A DNA stretch of 64,000 nt, taken from contig CAWAUM010000001.1 of NCBI GenBank assembly GCA_963785235.1, positions 192,001-256,000 on the forward strand. Reading direction: 5' to 3'. Within the stretch, counting starts at the first letter, position 1. Every line of letters starts with the position of its first letter. Shown here in pieces: positions 32,810 to 43,102 of this stretch. The translations under genes were made by a program, and so were the position numbers. Origin of the DNA: an uncultured delta proteobacterium (GTDB lineage: Bacteria > Desulfobacterota > Desulfomonilia > UBA1062). The notes below the pieces were generated by a model, which did not search any database, had not been told where the DNA came from, and was given only the letters and a program-made list of their open reading frames with translations.

Positions 32810-34126
32810 GTGGATCTTGATATAATCTCGGAACAAGTCGACACCACGATACAGTCACTGGGGAAGGCTACCATCGAATCCCCGGTTAGGGGAAGCGCCA
32901 TCTTTGTGGAAGACAGCGAGCGGGTCATCATAGATACCTCGCTGGACTTCTTCAACAGGTGCAGTCAGGGTGGTTCCCCTCCAACATCCTTTGAACTCTC
33001 CGGGCCCCGTAGAAAGATCTTCTTCGACCCTTCCAAGACCAAGTGCGGTATTGTAACGTGTGGAGGGCTCTGTCCGGGGATCAATGACGTTATCAGGGGC
33101 ATTGTCCTTGAATTGTACTATGTCTACAGCGTGGAGAATATCTACGGCATCACCTATGGTCTCCAGGGATTTATCCCCAAGTACAGGCATCCCCTCATCG
33201 AACTCACCCCTTCCTATGTCGAGCACATCCATGGAATAGGCGGCACCGTGCTCGGGTCTTCCCGTGGATCTGAAGATATCTCGGAGATCGTGGATGCCAT
33301 CGAGCGGCTGAATATGAATATCGTGTTCTTCATCGGTGGAGACGGCACATTGAAGGCATCTTCTGCAGTGGCCAGGGAGGCCTTGGCCAGGGGGTTCCGG
33401 TGCTCAATCATCGCGGTGCCCAAGACAATCGATAACGATATCCTCTTTGTTTCCAAGACCTTTGGCTTCGATACTGCGGTAGAAGAGGCAAGGAGGGTCA
33501 TCCAGAGCGCCCATGCAGAGGCCAAGGGGGCGCCTGACGGCGTCGGGCTCGTCAAGGTGATGGGACGGGACTCCGGATTTATTGCAGCCAATGCCGCCCT
33601 TGCTTCGAGGGATGTCAATTTCGTTCTCGTCCCTGAGGAGGACTTTGACCTTGAGGGTGAGAAAGGCTTTCTGGCCACACTCGAGAAAAGGGTCAGGTCG
33701 CGGGGTCATGCCGTGGTTGTTGTGGCTGAGGGAGCCGGGCAGAAGTTCTTCAAGGATCTCCCCGAAGAAAAGGATGCCTCCGGCAATGTAAGGAAGCACG
33801 ATATAGGCCTTTTCCTCAAGGACCGGATCGAGCGTTATTTCCAGGCACACGGTATGCCCACCAACATCAAGTACCTCGACCCGAGTTATTTGATCAGGAG
33901 TGTAGTGGCCAATGCCTCCGATTCGATCTTTTGCGGGTTCCTTGCCCAGATGGCGGTTCATGCAGGTATGAGCGGTAAAACCGATATGTTGATTGGTCTG
34001 TGGAATAATGTATATGTACATATACCCAATGCAATATGTATGAAGGGGAGGAAGAAGATCGATACGAGCGGGCCTTTGTGGATGAGCGTCAGGGAATCAA
34101 CCGGGCAGCCCGAAATGAAGAATTGA
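32810..34126 (+). CDS. pfkA: ATP-dependent 6-phosphofructokinase
   Basis: TCGGLCPG, GGDGT (Gly, ATP type), PKTIDND and MGRDSG motifs. Confidence 0.9.
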   Translation: MDLDIISEQVDTTIQSLGKATIESPVRGSAIFVEDSERVIIDTSLDFFNRCSQGGSPPTSFELSGPRRKIFFDPSKTKCGIVTCGGLCPGINDVIRGIVLELYYVYSVENIYGITYGLQGFIPKYRHPLIELTPSYVEHIHGIGGTVLGSSRGSEDISEIVDAIERLNMNIVFFIGGDGTLKASSAVAREALARGFRCSIIAVPKTIDNDILFVSKTFGFDTAVEEARRVIQSAHAEAKGAPDGVGLVKVMGRDSGFIAANAALASRDVNFVLVPEEDFDLEGEKGFLATLEKRVRSRGHAVVVVAEGAGQKFFKDLPEEKDASGNVRKHDIGLFLKDRIERYFQAHGMPTNIKYLDPSYLIRSVVANASDSIFCGFLAQMAVHAGMSGKTDMLIGLWNNVYVHIPNAICMKGRKKIDTSGPLWMSVRESTGQPEMKN

Positions 34127-34174
34127 GGCGTGACTGCTAAAAGGGCCAAAGTACGTTATCGAAAAGGAGTGACT

Positions 34175-34939
34175 ATGGATGACAAGAATTTATTAGAAGA
34201 TGATATTATTGATCTTACCGACCTTCTGGAGGAAGGCAGCCCGCCAAAGAAGCCCCAGCAATCCGACACACGAAAGAGGGTTGTGAATGAGCCTGATTCC
34301 TTTGACCTCGGCAAGGAGATATCTATGGATTATGATGTCTCCATTGAAGAGATCGAAAATGACACCACTGTGCTTCCCAATGATACCCCTTTGGATTTTG
34401 ACAAGAAGCCGGGCAAGCAATCCAAACTTGAAGAAGATATGAGTGACCTCCTGAAAGAGCCCCTGGGCAGCATCGAGTCTGAGATAGATCTTGCAATGAA
34501 GGACAAGTTCGAGGAAGTGAGCCTTACGGCAAAAGAAGAGGAAGTGCTCCTCAGTGAGACCCCGGCAGAAGAGATTCCCTCAATAAATAGTGAAGAGACT
34601 GATGCCCTCAATGAAGAATTCCCGGCCCCACCCGAAGAGCCTGTGAGGCTGCAGGAGGTTTTAATCCCTGCTGCGTCCACGCTGTCACCAATTCAGGAAC
34701 AACCCGGTGTCCAGGTGGAAATACCCAAGGTGAGCATCCCTGTTGATATGCCCACCGAGGCCATTTTGGATGCCGTTATCACTGAATTCAGGAAAGAAAT
34801 GCCTGCCCTCCTGGAAGGCATCGTAAGGCCGGTTGTGAAGGAACTGATCCAGGAGATTATCTCCTCAACCCGTGAAGTGATCCCCGGGATTGTGGAAAAG
34901 GTGATACGCGAAGAGATAGACAAGCTCAAGAAGCTCTGA
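34175..34939 (+). CDS. Acidic low-complexity protein with RomR/PopZ-like C-terminal helices
   Basis: AGGAG RBS, DDIIDLTD motif, Glu/Pro-rich linker and C-terminus IPGIVEKVIREEIDKL. Directly upstream of valS. Confidence 0.6.
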   Translation: MDDKNLLEDDIIDLTDLLEEGSPPKKPQQSDTRKRVVNEPDSFDLGKEISMDYDVSIEEIENDTTVLPNDTPLDFDKKPGKQSKLEEDMSDLLKEPLGSIESEIDLAMKDKFEEVSLTAKEEEVLLSETPAEEIPSINSEETDALNEEFPAPPEEPVRLQEVLIPAASTLSPIQEQPGVQVEIPKVSIPVDMPTEAILDAVITEFRKEMPALLEGIVRPVVKELIQEIISSTREVIPGIVEKVIREEIDKLKKL

Positions 34940-35020
34940 TCAGATAACCGCTTCGAGCCTTTTGCCTTTCCGCCTTGTTCATGCTATGAGGTGTGCCATA
35001 ACCCTCATCAGGAGTGCAAG

Positions 35021-37657
35021 ATGCTCGACAAAGATTACGACCCCAAGGATATTGAACAGAGATGGTACGACACCTGGCTTGAGAAGAAGTATTTCCATGC
35101 CAGTGAAGATGATGAGAAAAAACCCTGCTATACAATCGTAATCCCTCCCCCCAATGTCACCGGCGTGCTCCACATGGGGCATGCACTGAACAACACCCTT
35201 CAGGATATCATGATCCGTTACAAAAGGATGGATGGATATAATACCCTCTGGATGCCAGGCACCGACCATGCGGGCATAGCCACGCAGAACGTAGTGGAAA
35301 AGTATCTTGCAGAGAAGGGAACCTCCCGGCACGACCTGGGAAGGGATGAATTCATAGCAGAGGTCTGGAGGTGGCGGGAAAAGCACGGAGGACTGATCAT
35401 CAGCCAGCTGAAAAGGCTCGGCGCCTCCTGTGACTGGGACCGCATCAGGTTCACCATGGACGAGGGGCTCTCCAATGCGGTGAAGAAGGTCTTTGTAACA
35501 TTGTACGAAGAAGGCCTGATCTACCGGGGCGATTACATCGTAAACTGGTGCCCCAGGTGCCACAGCGCCCTGTCCGACCTGGAGGTGGAGCACGAGGAAG
35601 AAGACGGCCATCTCTGGCACATAAGGTATCCCTTGGCCGATGGATCGGGTGAGGTCGTGGTGGCTACCACCAGGCCCGAGACCATGCTGGGCGATACTGC
35701 CGTGGCGGTCAACCCTGAAGATGAGCGCTACGCAGCCATGATCGGCAAAGACCTTATCCTGCCTGTCATGAACCGCCGCATCCCCATTATTGCCGATTCC
35801 CTGGTGGACAAGGAGTTCGGCACCGGCGCAGTCAAGGTAACCCCTGCCCATGATCTCAACGACTATGAGATGAGCCTGCGGCATGGCCTGGAAGTTATCG
35901 TCATCATAGATGAGTCGGGATTCATGAATGCCAATGCCGGGCAGTATAACGGGCTTGACCGGTTCGAGTGCAGGAAACAACTCGAGAAGGACCTGGAGGA
36001 TCTTGGCTTCCTCGTGGACAAGACCGCCTACCGGGTGCCGGTCGGCGGGTGCTACCGGTGCAAGACCACCATCGAGCCGTATCTCTCCAAACAGTGGTTC
36101 GTCAAGACCAGGCCATTGGCGGATGAGGCCATCAAGGCCGTTCAAGACGGCCGGACGCGGATCATCCCCAAACAGTGGGAGAAGGTCTACTACGAGTGGA
36201 TGAACAACATCCGTGACTGGTGTATCTCGCGGCAGATCTGGTGGGGGCACCGGATCCCGGCATGGTACTGCGATGCATGCGAAGAGGTCATAGTAAGCGA
36301 GACAGAACCCAGGCAGTGCCCCACGTGTAAATCCGATGCGCTCAGGCAGGAGACCGATGTGCTCGATACCTGGTTCTCGTCCGGGTTGTGGCCCTTTTCC
36401 ACCATGGGCTGGCCGGAGCCCACAGCCGCATTGAAGAAGTTTTATCCCACCGATGTCCTCATCACCGGTTTTGACATCATCTTCTTCTGGGTGGCCAGGA
36501 TGATGATGCTGGGCCTGAAGTTCATGGGTGATGTGCCCTTTAAGGATGTCTACCTCCATGCCCTGGTGCGTGACGAGCAGGGCCAGAAGATGAGCAAGTC
36601 CAAGGGCAACATGGTGGACCCCATCATAGAGATGGACAAGTATGGGGCCGATGCCTTCCGTTTTGCCCTTACCGCCTTTGCCGCCATGGGCAGGGATGTG
36701 CGAGTCAGCGACAAGCGCATCCAGGGATACCGCTTTTTCATCAACAAGATCTGGAACGCCGGCAAGTTCGTTCTGGCGAATATCAAAGGGTTCGAACCCG
36801 AAGAGGTCACCCTTGATCCGGCAAAACTCGGGCTTGCGGAAAAATGGATACTGACCGAGCTGAACAAAACCATCCGGGATGCACGGCTCGCCCTTGATGA
36901 ATACCGCTACAACGACGCAGCGGACATCCTCTATCAGTTCACCTGGCATACCTACTGCGACTGGTACATCGAGCTGTCCAAGTCCATGCTGAACGCCGAA
37001 GGGTCTCAGTACACCAGGTGGGTGCTGCACTATGTGCTGAAGTCCATCCTCGAACTCCTGCACCCCATCATCCCCTTTGTCACCGAAGAGATCTGGCAGT
37101 GTCTGCCGGGCAGGGTGGGTGAGTCCATAGTAATCGCCTCCTATCCCAAGGCCAGGCCGGAGCTGGACTTTGTGGACGATGCCGAGCTCATGAGCTATAT
37201 CATCGAGGTTATCTCGGGTGTGCGCAGCATCAGGGGAGAGACGGGCATATCTCCTGCCGTGGTGCTCGATGTGGCCATCAGGGTGCCTGACGCAAAGCTG
37301 CAATCCATGCTGGGCGCCAACAGCATCCATATCAAGGACCTTGCAAGGGTTTCTCAGGTGAGGTTTATAGCCAATGAATCCGAGCGCCCGAAGAAGTGCG
37401 CCCTTTCCGTAAGGAAGGGACTCGAGGTCTATGTGCCCCTTGAAGGTATTATCGACATCGACAAAGAGACTGACCGGTTGAACAAGCAGATGGGCAAGGT
37501 GAACAAGGAGCTCGCAGAGAAGCTCAAGAAGCTGTCGAACCCCAACTTTGTGGAAAAGGCGAAGAAGGAAGTGGTGGAAGAGCAGCTCAAGATAAAGCAA
37601 GACCTTGAGTTCGAACTCATAAGCCTCAAGAAGGCCCATGCGCTGCTTCAAGGGTGA
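35021..37657 (+). CDS. valS: Valine--tRNA ligase
   Basis: PPPNVTGVLHMGH, DWCISRQIWWGH, KMSKS and C-terminal coiled coil. Confidence 0.98.
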   Translation: MLDKDYDPKDIEQRWYDTWLEKKYFHASEDDEKKPCYTIVIPPPNVTGVLHMGHALNNTLQDIMIRYKRMDGYNTLWMPGTDHAGIATQNVVEKYLAEKGTSRHDLGRDEFIAEVWRWREKHGGLIISQLKRLGASCDWDRIRFTMDEGLSNAVKKVFVTLYEEGLIYRGDYIVNWCPRCHSALSDLEVEHEEEDGHLWHIRYPLADGSGEVVVATTRPETMLGDTAVAVNPEDERYAAMIGKDLILPVMNRRIPIIADSLVDKEFGTGAVKVTPAHDLNDYEMSLRHGLEVIVIIDESGFMNANAGQYNGLDRFECRKQLEKDLEDLGFLVDKTAYRVPVGGCYRCKTTIEPYLSKQWFVKTRPLADEAIKAVQDGRTRIIPKQWEKVYYEWMNNIRDWCISRQIWWGHRIPAWYCDACEEVIVSETEPRQCPTCKSDALRQETDVLDTWFSSGLWPFSTMGWPEPTAALKKFYPTDVLITGFDIIFFWVARMMMLGLKFMGDVPFKDVYLHALVRDEQGQKMSKSKGNMVDPIIEMDKYGADAFRFALTAFAAMGRDVRVSDKRIQGYRFFINKIWNAGKFVLANIKGFEPEEVTLDPAKLGLAEKWILTELNKTIRDARLALDEYRYNDAADILYQFTWHTYCDWYIELSKSMLNAEGSQYTRWVLHYVLKSILELLHPIIPFVTEEIWQCLPGRVGESIVIASYPKARPELDFVDDAELMSYIIEVISGVRSIRGETGISPAVVLDVAIRVPDAKLQSMLGANSIHIKDLARVSQVRFIANESERPKKCALSVRKGLEVYVPLEGIIDIDKETDRLNKQMGKVNKELAEKLKKLSNPNFVEKAKKEVVEEQLKIKQDLEFELISLKKAHALLQG

Positions 37658-38377
37658 TGGAACCACTGAAATCAAAAAAGATTATCACGGAGTTCATAGA
37701 GCTTAACCAGGTGGACTCCACCAATCAATATGCCCTGGACAAAAGCAGGCCGGGGCTTCTTGTCACTGCCCGCGCCCAGAATGCAGGCCGGGGAAGGCGG
37801 GGAAGGCCGTGGTTCTCGCCTGCCGGTGAGAATGTGTACATGACGCTCACCGTCGCGCCGCCTGAAGAACGCTACCCCATTATTGCAGGTGTTGCCGTAC
37901 GGGCCGCCATTGCCGGCCTTGTTCCGGATGAGGCAGTGGCCGTCAAGTGGCCCAATGACATTGTCATATCAGGCAGGAAGGTGTGCGGGATCCTCTGTGA
38001 GACCAGGGGGCCCATCACCGCCATCGGCATCGGCGTCAATGTGAACCAGCAGGCATGGCCAAAAGAGCTTGAGCACAGGGCTTGTTCATTGAAGCAGTAT
38101 TCACATGATGGATTCAGTGTCAAATAAGGTGATTGAGTTGGTATCGGAGCACCTCTGCGCCTGGATTGATGTGTTCCGCAGCCAGGGCTTCGCTCCGGTC
38201 AGGGAGGAGTTCCTCCGCCATGGCCTGTTGCAAGGTTATGAGGTCTTTCATGAAAAGGGCCAAAGATGCACCATTGTCGACCTCACCATGGATGGACATC
38301 TCATTATCAGGGAAGGCGAGACGGAAATGGAACTTATTCATGAGCCTGTGTCTCTGGGATGGGATAAGGACTTGTAA
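37654..38377 (+). CDS. birA: Biotin--[acetyl-CoA carboxylase] ligase, frameshift near 38120
   Basis: DSTN, QNAGRGRRGRPW, KWPND, KVCGIL and GIGVNV motifs. Confidence 0.9.
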
Positions 38378-38390
38378 GACACGAACACTT

Positions 38391-38600
38391 TTATCGCGTT
38401 TTTGAAAGCAACTCCCCTTCGATGTACCGGTGGATTATGCCGGAAATGAGTGTCTGATAGGGGATACCCATTTTCATCGCTTTCTTTTGGATGCCCTGAT
38501 AATCATGTTCATAGAGACGTATGGTAATTGGTTTATCTTTTACAAAAGTCTTTCGTGCCGTTGCCTTGATTGCCTCGATCTCCTTTTTTGCCCAGGATAG
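38391..38600 (-). pseudogene. Orphan ribbon-helix-helix antitoxin-like fragment
   Basis: KDKPITIRL...GIPYQTLISGIIHRY resembles CopG/BrnA-like antitoxins. No convincing start and no toxin upstream. Confidence 0.6.
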
Positions 38601-39322
38601 TTCCCTTGGTCGGGATGATCCTATACTGCGTGGGACTTTCACTTTTTAATCCGCCTTGCCGTTCTCCCGGCGCACCAGGGATCTATGATCCTGCTTGAGT
38701 GATAGTATTCTATAACTGTCCATACTAACTTGTAAAAGAAACAATGATGGGTATAATGGGAACATAAGGTAACTGAAATGAAAGTAGTCATCTTTTGCTT
38801 TAATACGCAAGACGAGTTGAGCATGTAAATCTTTGTATTATATTCTTATTATAGTTTTGTAATTGGAGTACCGGGGTTATCAGAGCATCCGAGTTCAAAG
38901 AGGATCACTGAAGAGACCACCCAAAAGCCTGATCTGGAAGCTTTCGCACAGATCAGCAAAGAGAAATGGCGGTCTCCCTATGATATCCCTGGAGAGTATC
39001 ATTCAGAAAGATGATCCCGAAAAAACCAGCCAATGAGCTGGCTGCGGCCCTATCATACGGATAGGGCTTACGGTCCCTCTCATGACTAACACATGGAGCA
39101 GAGATGGGGATAATCAAAGGGGACATTTTTAACGAGTCTTGACAATGCCTCATAATCAGTATTGATATTTCACAAGACAGATTTACTATTACTGATGATG
39201 TACTTTAGTCAAATGATCGTTTCAGTGCAGCTCTTTTTGGGGAAAGACCAAAGCTTCATAATAACCCTTTGCGTACTTCATGAAGTGAAAGAGTAAGTGT
39301 ATTCAATAAGGGGGATAAATCT

Positions 39323-39725
39323 CATGAAGAATGAAACCCGGAAGAAAATCTATTTTTGGGGTTCCTTATGGAATTTTGGTTTCTCATTCAATGGTCTGGT
39401 GATGCCAAGTCTCACCATGTGGCTCATCTCCGGATCAAAGAATATAATTACCGGGGTTCTGCCCCGGACCTTCTTTGCATTCTTCTGGTCAGCAGTGGGC
39501 GTCTTTGGGTGGGGTTACTACCTCGTATCACGTGACCCGGAAAAGAATCAGGGTGTCATCTGGATGGGATGCTTTGCAAAAGTTGGCATCTTTCTCACTT
39601 TTGCCCGTCTCTATCTACGCAAGTACATAACGCTCTTCGGCTTTCTGTGTGCCCTGGGAGACTTGATATGGACGATCCTCTTCCTTGCTGCACTGCGTGG
39701 AGAGAAACAGGAAGAGAAAGCCTGA
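39323..39725 (+). CDS. Small multi-TM membrane protein
   Basis: Purine-rich RBS before MKNETRKK; four hydrophobic segments. Confidence 0.65.
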
Positions 39726-39791
39726 AAAATGTGTCCTGAGTAAGCATAAAGAGCTGGATGACTGAGCTTTAACGTCATTTCTGATTTCCTC

Positions 39792-40091
39792 ATGGAATCT
39801 ATACTTAAACCTATGGCTCTTAGCCAGTATCGTTTGGCCAAGGAAATTGGCGTACCCGCTCAGCGTATCAGTGAGATTGTTGCTGGCAAGCGTTCGATTA
39901 CAGCTGATACCGATTTGCGGTTGTGCCGGTTCTTTGGTCTATCCAACGGCTATTGGTTACGCGCTCAGGCTGCCCACGATACGGAGGTTGCAGAGCGCTC
40001 TCTAGGCCCATCGCTAAAGAAGATCAAACCTTGGTCTGCATATGCGGACCAACAAGGGGCTCCAGCTAATGTTCGTACCTCGCACGGCTGA
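39792..40091 (+). pseudogene. higA: HigA-family antitoxin lacking its N-terminus
   Basis: LKPMALSQYRLAKEIGVPAQRISEIVAGKRSITADTDLRL is HigA HTH. The usual HPGE start and higB are absent. Confidence 0.8.
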
Positions 40092-40105
40092 GCTTTTTGT
40101 TACTG
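40047..40105 (+). other. attC-like integron cassette recombination site (59 bp)
   Basis: R'' GACCAAC, 5-nt spacer, L'' GCTCCAGC, central spacer, L' GCTGAGC, 5-nt spacer, R' GTTACTG. L'' equals the reverse complement of L' plus one extra base. Confidence 0.7.
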
Positions 40106-40361
40106 CACCGAAAGTGAGGCGTAACGATCAGAATACACTTATCCCTGTCAGCCAGGAAGTGTCTGAACCTGACCACGCTCGTTCAACTTCAAAAGTATGC
40201 TTGAGTAGGATGATCCCATTATAATACCTGGCACTATTTCACCGCGCCAATAAGCCTCTAAAGAAGATAAAGGCAATATTTTCTCTCGCGCATGAAATAT
40301 TTTCCGACGAGAGCCTGGTAACGACCTGTCCATAAATAGGAAGCGCCCGCACCTTCTCTTG

Positions 40362-40377
40362 TGGCACAATGGTTGCT
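40362..40377 (+). promoter_or_regulatory. sigma54 (-24/-12) promoter for the Zorya operon
   Basis: TGGCAC-AATGG-TTGCT matches TGGCAC-N5-TTGCW exactly. Confidence 0.75.
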
Positions 40378-40389
40378 CATATAAAGGGT

Positions 40390-42396
40390 ATGATGATAGA
40401 CTTTGTCCGCCATTTTCTGATCATAGCAATAATATCCCTGACACTTATTGCCATAGCATTGAGTTTTTTCACTCAATTCGTCCTGCCGGCCATGCGCCTC
40501 AGGAAGGACCTTCAGGCGACCATCGAGCGGGTCAGGCGTTTAAAGGCTGCCTCCAAGGGCAAGATAACCGACCTTGAGGAGATCTCGCAGGAGATGCTGA
40601 CAAGTGATAGGTTCAGCCATCCCTGGCAGGAGTATCGCGAAACACTCCATGAACAACAGTGCGCTGATCCTTCCGGCAAAGGCAAGTCGGTGCGGTGGCG
40701 TTCCACAACCCTGGCTGAAACCTTCTTCTCCGAGCAGGCCCTGGTAGATACCCCATTAAAGACCTCTTTCTACAAGCATCTGCCCGGGATACTCACCGGG
40801 CTCGGCATCATCGGCACGTTCTCGGGCCTCATCGTGGGCCTGATCAGGTTCGAGGTGTCCGGCGATGCGGACAAGGTGCGTGCGAGCCTGAACGGCCTTA
40901 TCCAGAGCGTGGGGTATTCCTTCGTTGTGTCCGCTACGGCCATCACGCTCGCCATGATCTTCATCTGGGTGGAAAAATCACTCGTTACTGCATGCTACCG
41001 GCATGTGGAGAAGTTGTGCCAGCTCATAGACAGCCTCTTCGATACCGGTGCCGGGGAGGAGTATCTGGCGCGCCTGGTGGTTGCCGCCGAGACTTCGGCA
41101 GAGCATTCGCTCACCATAAAGGATTCCCTGGTAACCGACCTCAGGCAGGTCTTCACCGAGCTCGCCACCCAGCAGATGAAGGCCTCGGCCCTGCTCAGCA
41201 AGAATCTCTCCGTAACCATCGCACAAGGTATAACCAGGAGCATAGAGGAACCCATGGGGCGGATCTCCATGGCCGTCCAGAAGGCAAGCGCGAACCAGGG
41301 CGAGGCGGTGAACAAGGTCCTCTCCGATGTCCTGGCAGGCTTTTCTTCGCAGATGCAGGGCATGTTCGGCAATCAGTTCCATGAAATGGGCGACATCCTG
41401 AAAGGAACCGCAGAGGCAATCCAGGGGGCTGCCCTGCAGGTGAGCAGGTGCGTTGAAACCATGCAGGCACGGGAAAAGGAACGGAACAGGCCATGGCCGA
41501 ACGCCTGAACAGCGCGGTCAACTCGCTGGATGAACGTCAGAAGATCATGGACAGGTCCATGAGTGTCTTTGTGGAAAAGACCTCTGAAGTGAACACCTCC
41601 CAGACAGATGCAACAAGGAATATGCAGTCCATCCTTACCGACATCGGGGAACGGATGGCGGGCATTGTTACCCAGATCGAGACACAATCACGCCACACGG
41701 CACAGGAGTATGAAGCGCGCCAGGGCAGACTGGCAGAGCAGAGTGTCTCCATAATGGGCGAGATTAACGAACCAGCTCAGGACCTTAGCGGGTGAGATGA
41801 GGCAGGCGGGTGAGATTACCCGTGACAGCGCTACAAACCTGGCATACATCACCAAGGAATCCACAGGGCTGTTCAATGCAGGTGCACATGCCCTGCAGGT
41901 TTCTTTCAAAGACTTTTCAAAGGCGTCGGGCATGGTGAGCAGTACCATGCAGGCCATAGAGAAGGCATCCGCTGAGATCCAGGGCGCCTCATCCAACCTC
42001 GCCCAGGCAACGAACGGGGTAAAGGATATGATGGACGAGCACGCCCGCACGAGCGATATCTTTGCAACCATTGTCTCAGAGCTCAGGTCCACCATTGAGA
42101 ATGCCCGGCACGAGGCGTCCATGACCACCCAGATCGTTGAGAGGATACAGAAGGCAACCGAGCAGCTCGGCATAGCCCAGAACAAGGCGGAGGAATATCT
42201 CCATGGGTTGACTGATGTGCTGGCCCAGGCGCATGCCGAGTTTGCCGGGAATATCGAACTGACGCTCCGGAAGAGCAATACCCAGTTCCATGAAGAGCTC
42301 TCCAGGGCCGTGTCGCTGGTATCAGGGGCAATACAGGATTTCGGGGATGTCCTCGACTCGGCATCGGACAAGGGTGATAAGCAATGCTGGGTCTAA
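40390..42396 (+). CDS. zorA: Zorya ZorA (MotA-like TM domain with long helical tail), two frameshifts
   Basis: HLPGILTGLGIIGTFSGL TM motif and three TMs. Long coiled-coil tail across ORFs 40369-41508, 41493-41795 and 41797-42396. Confidence 0.85.
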
Positions 42397-43088
42397 GGCT
42401 TCCCTGCCGCCATAAAACACAGGACGATGCGGAAAAGCCCTTCTGGATATCGTTTTCCGATATGATGACGGCGCTCATGGTGCTTTTCCTGGTGGTCATG
42501 ACCGTGACGCTCCTTGCGGTCACCCATACCGTTTCACAGGCCGAGCGCATGAAGACGGCAAAGGGATGCGGAGATCAGCAAGCTCATGGCGAAGATACGG
42601 GAGGCTTCACGGGATTTCCCCGGCATCACCCTTAAGGGCAATACCATCGACTTCGGCGACCAGGCCCGCTTCGAAACCGACAGCAACCGCCTCACCCGTG
42701 AGCAGGCGCAGCATTTGAGGGCCTTTGTGCCCAGTGTATTGAAGATAGCCCGCGACCCTTTGGGTAAAAAATGGCTTAAGCGGGTGGTGGTGGAAGGGTA
42801 TGCCGACCAGCGCGGGACGTACCTGCATAACCTTGACCTGAGCATGCAGCGTTCCGAAAGGGTGCTGTGCGCCCTGCTGGCCATGCCGGAACCTCAAGAG
42901 AAATCCCTGAACCACCGGATGACCGTCTGCTTATCCAGCAGCTTTTCCTGGTGGGCGGGGCATCGTTCAATTCTTTGAAAAAAACCCTGGAGGAGAGCAG
43001 GCGGATAGAGCTGAAACTGGAGTTCCTGGAGATGGGAGAAACCAGGCCCATAACGCCCCCCATACAACTGGCTGCAGACCAGTACTGA
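42384..43088 (+). CDS. zorB: Zorya ZorB (MotB-like TM plus OmpA-like domain), two frameshifts
   Basis: EKPFWISFSDMMT with the conserved Asp, then VVEGYAD, NLDLSMQRS and SRRIEL. Confidence 0.88.
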
Positions 43089-43102
43089 GAGCTGGATTAA
43101 CC

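Noticed and set aside
34979-37675. 898-aa ORF on the minus strand
   Set aside because: Antisense shadow of valS with no recognisable motifs; expected from codon bias in GC-rich genes.
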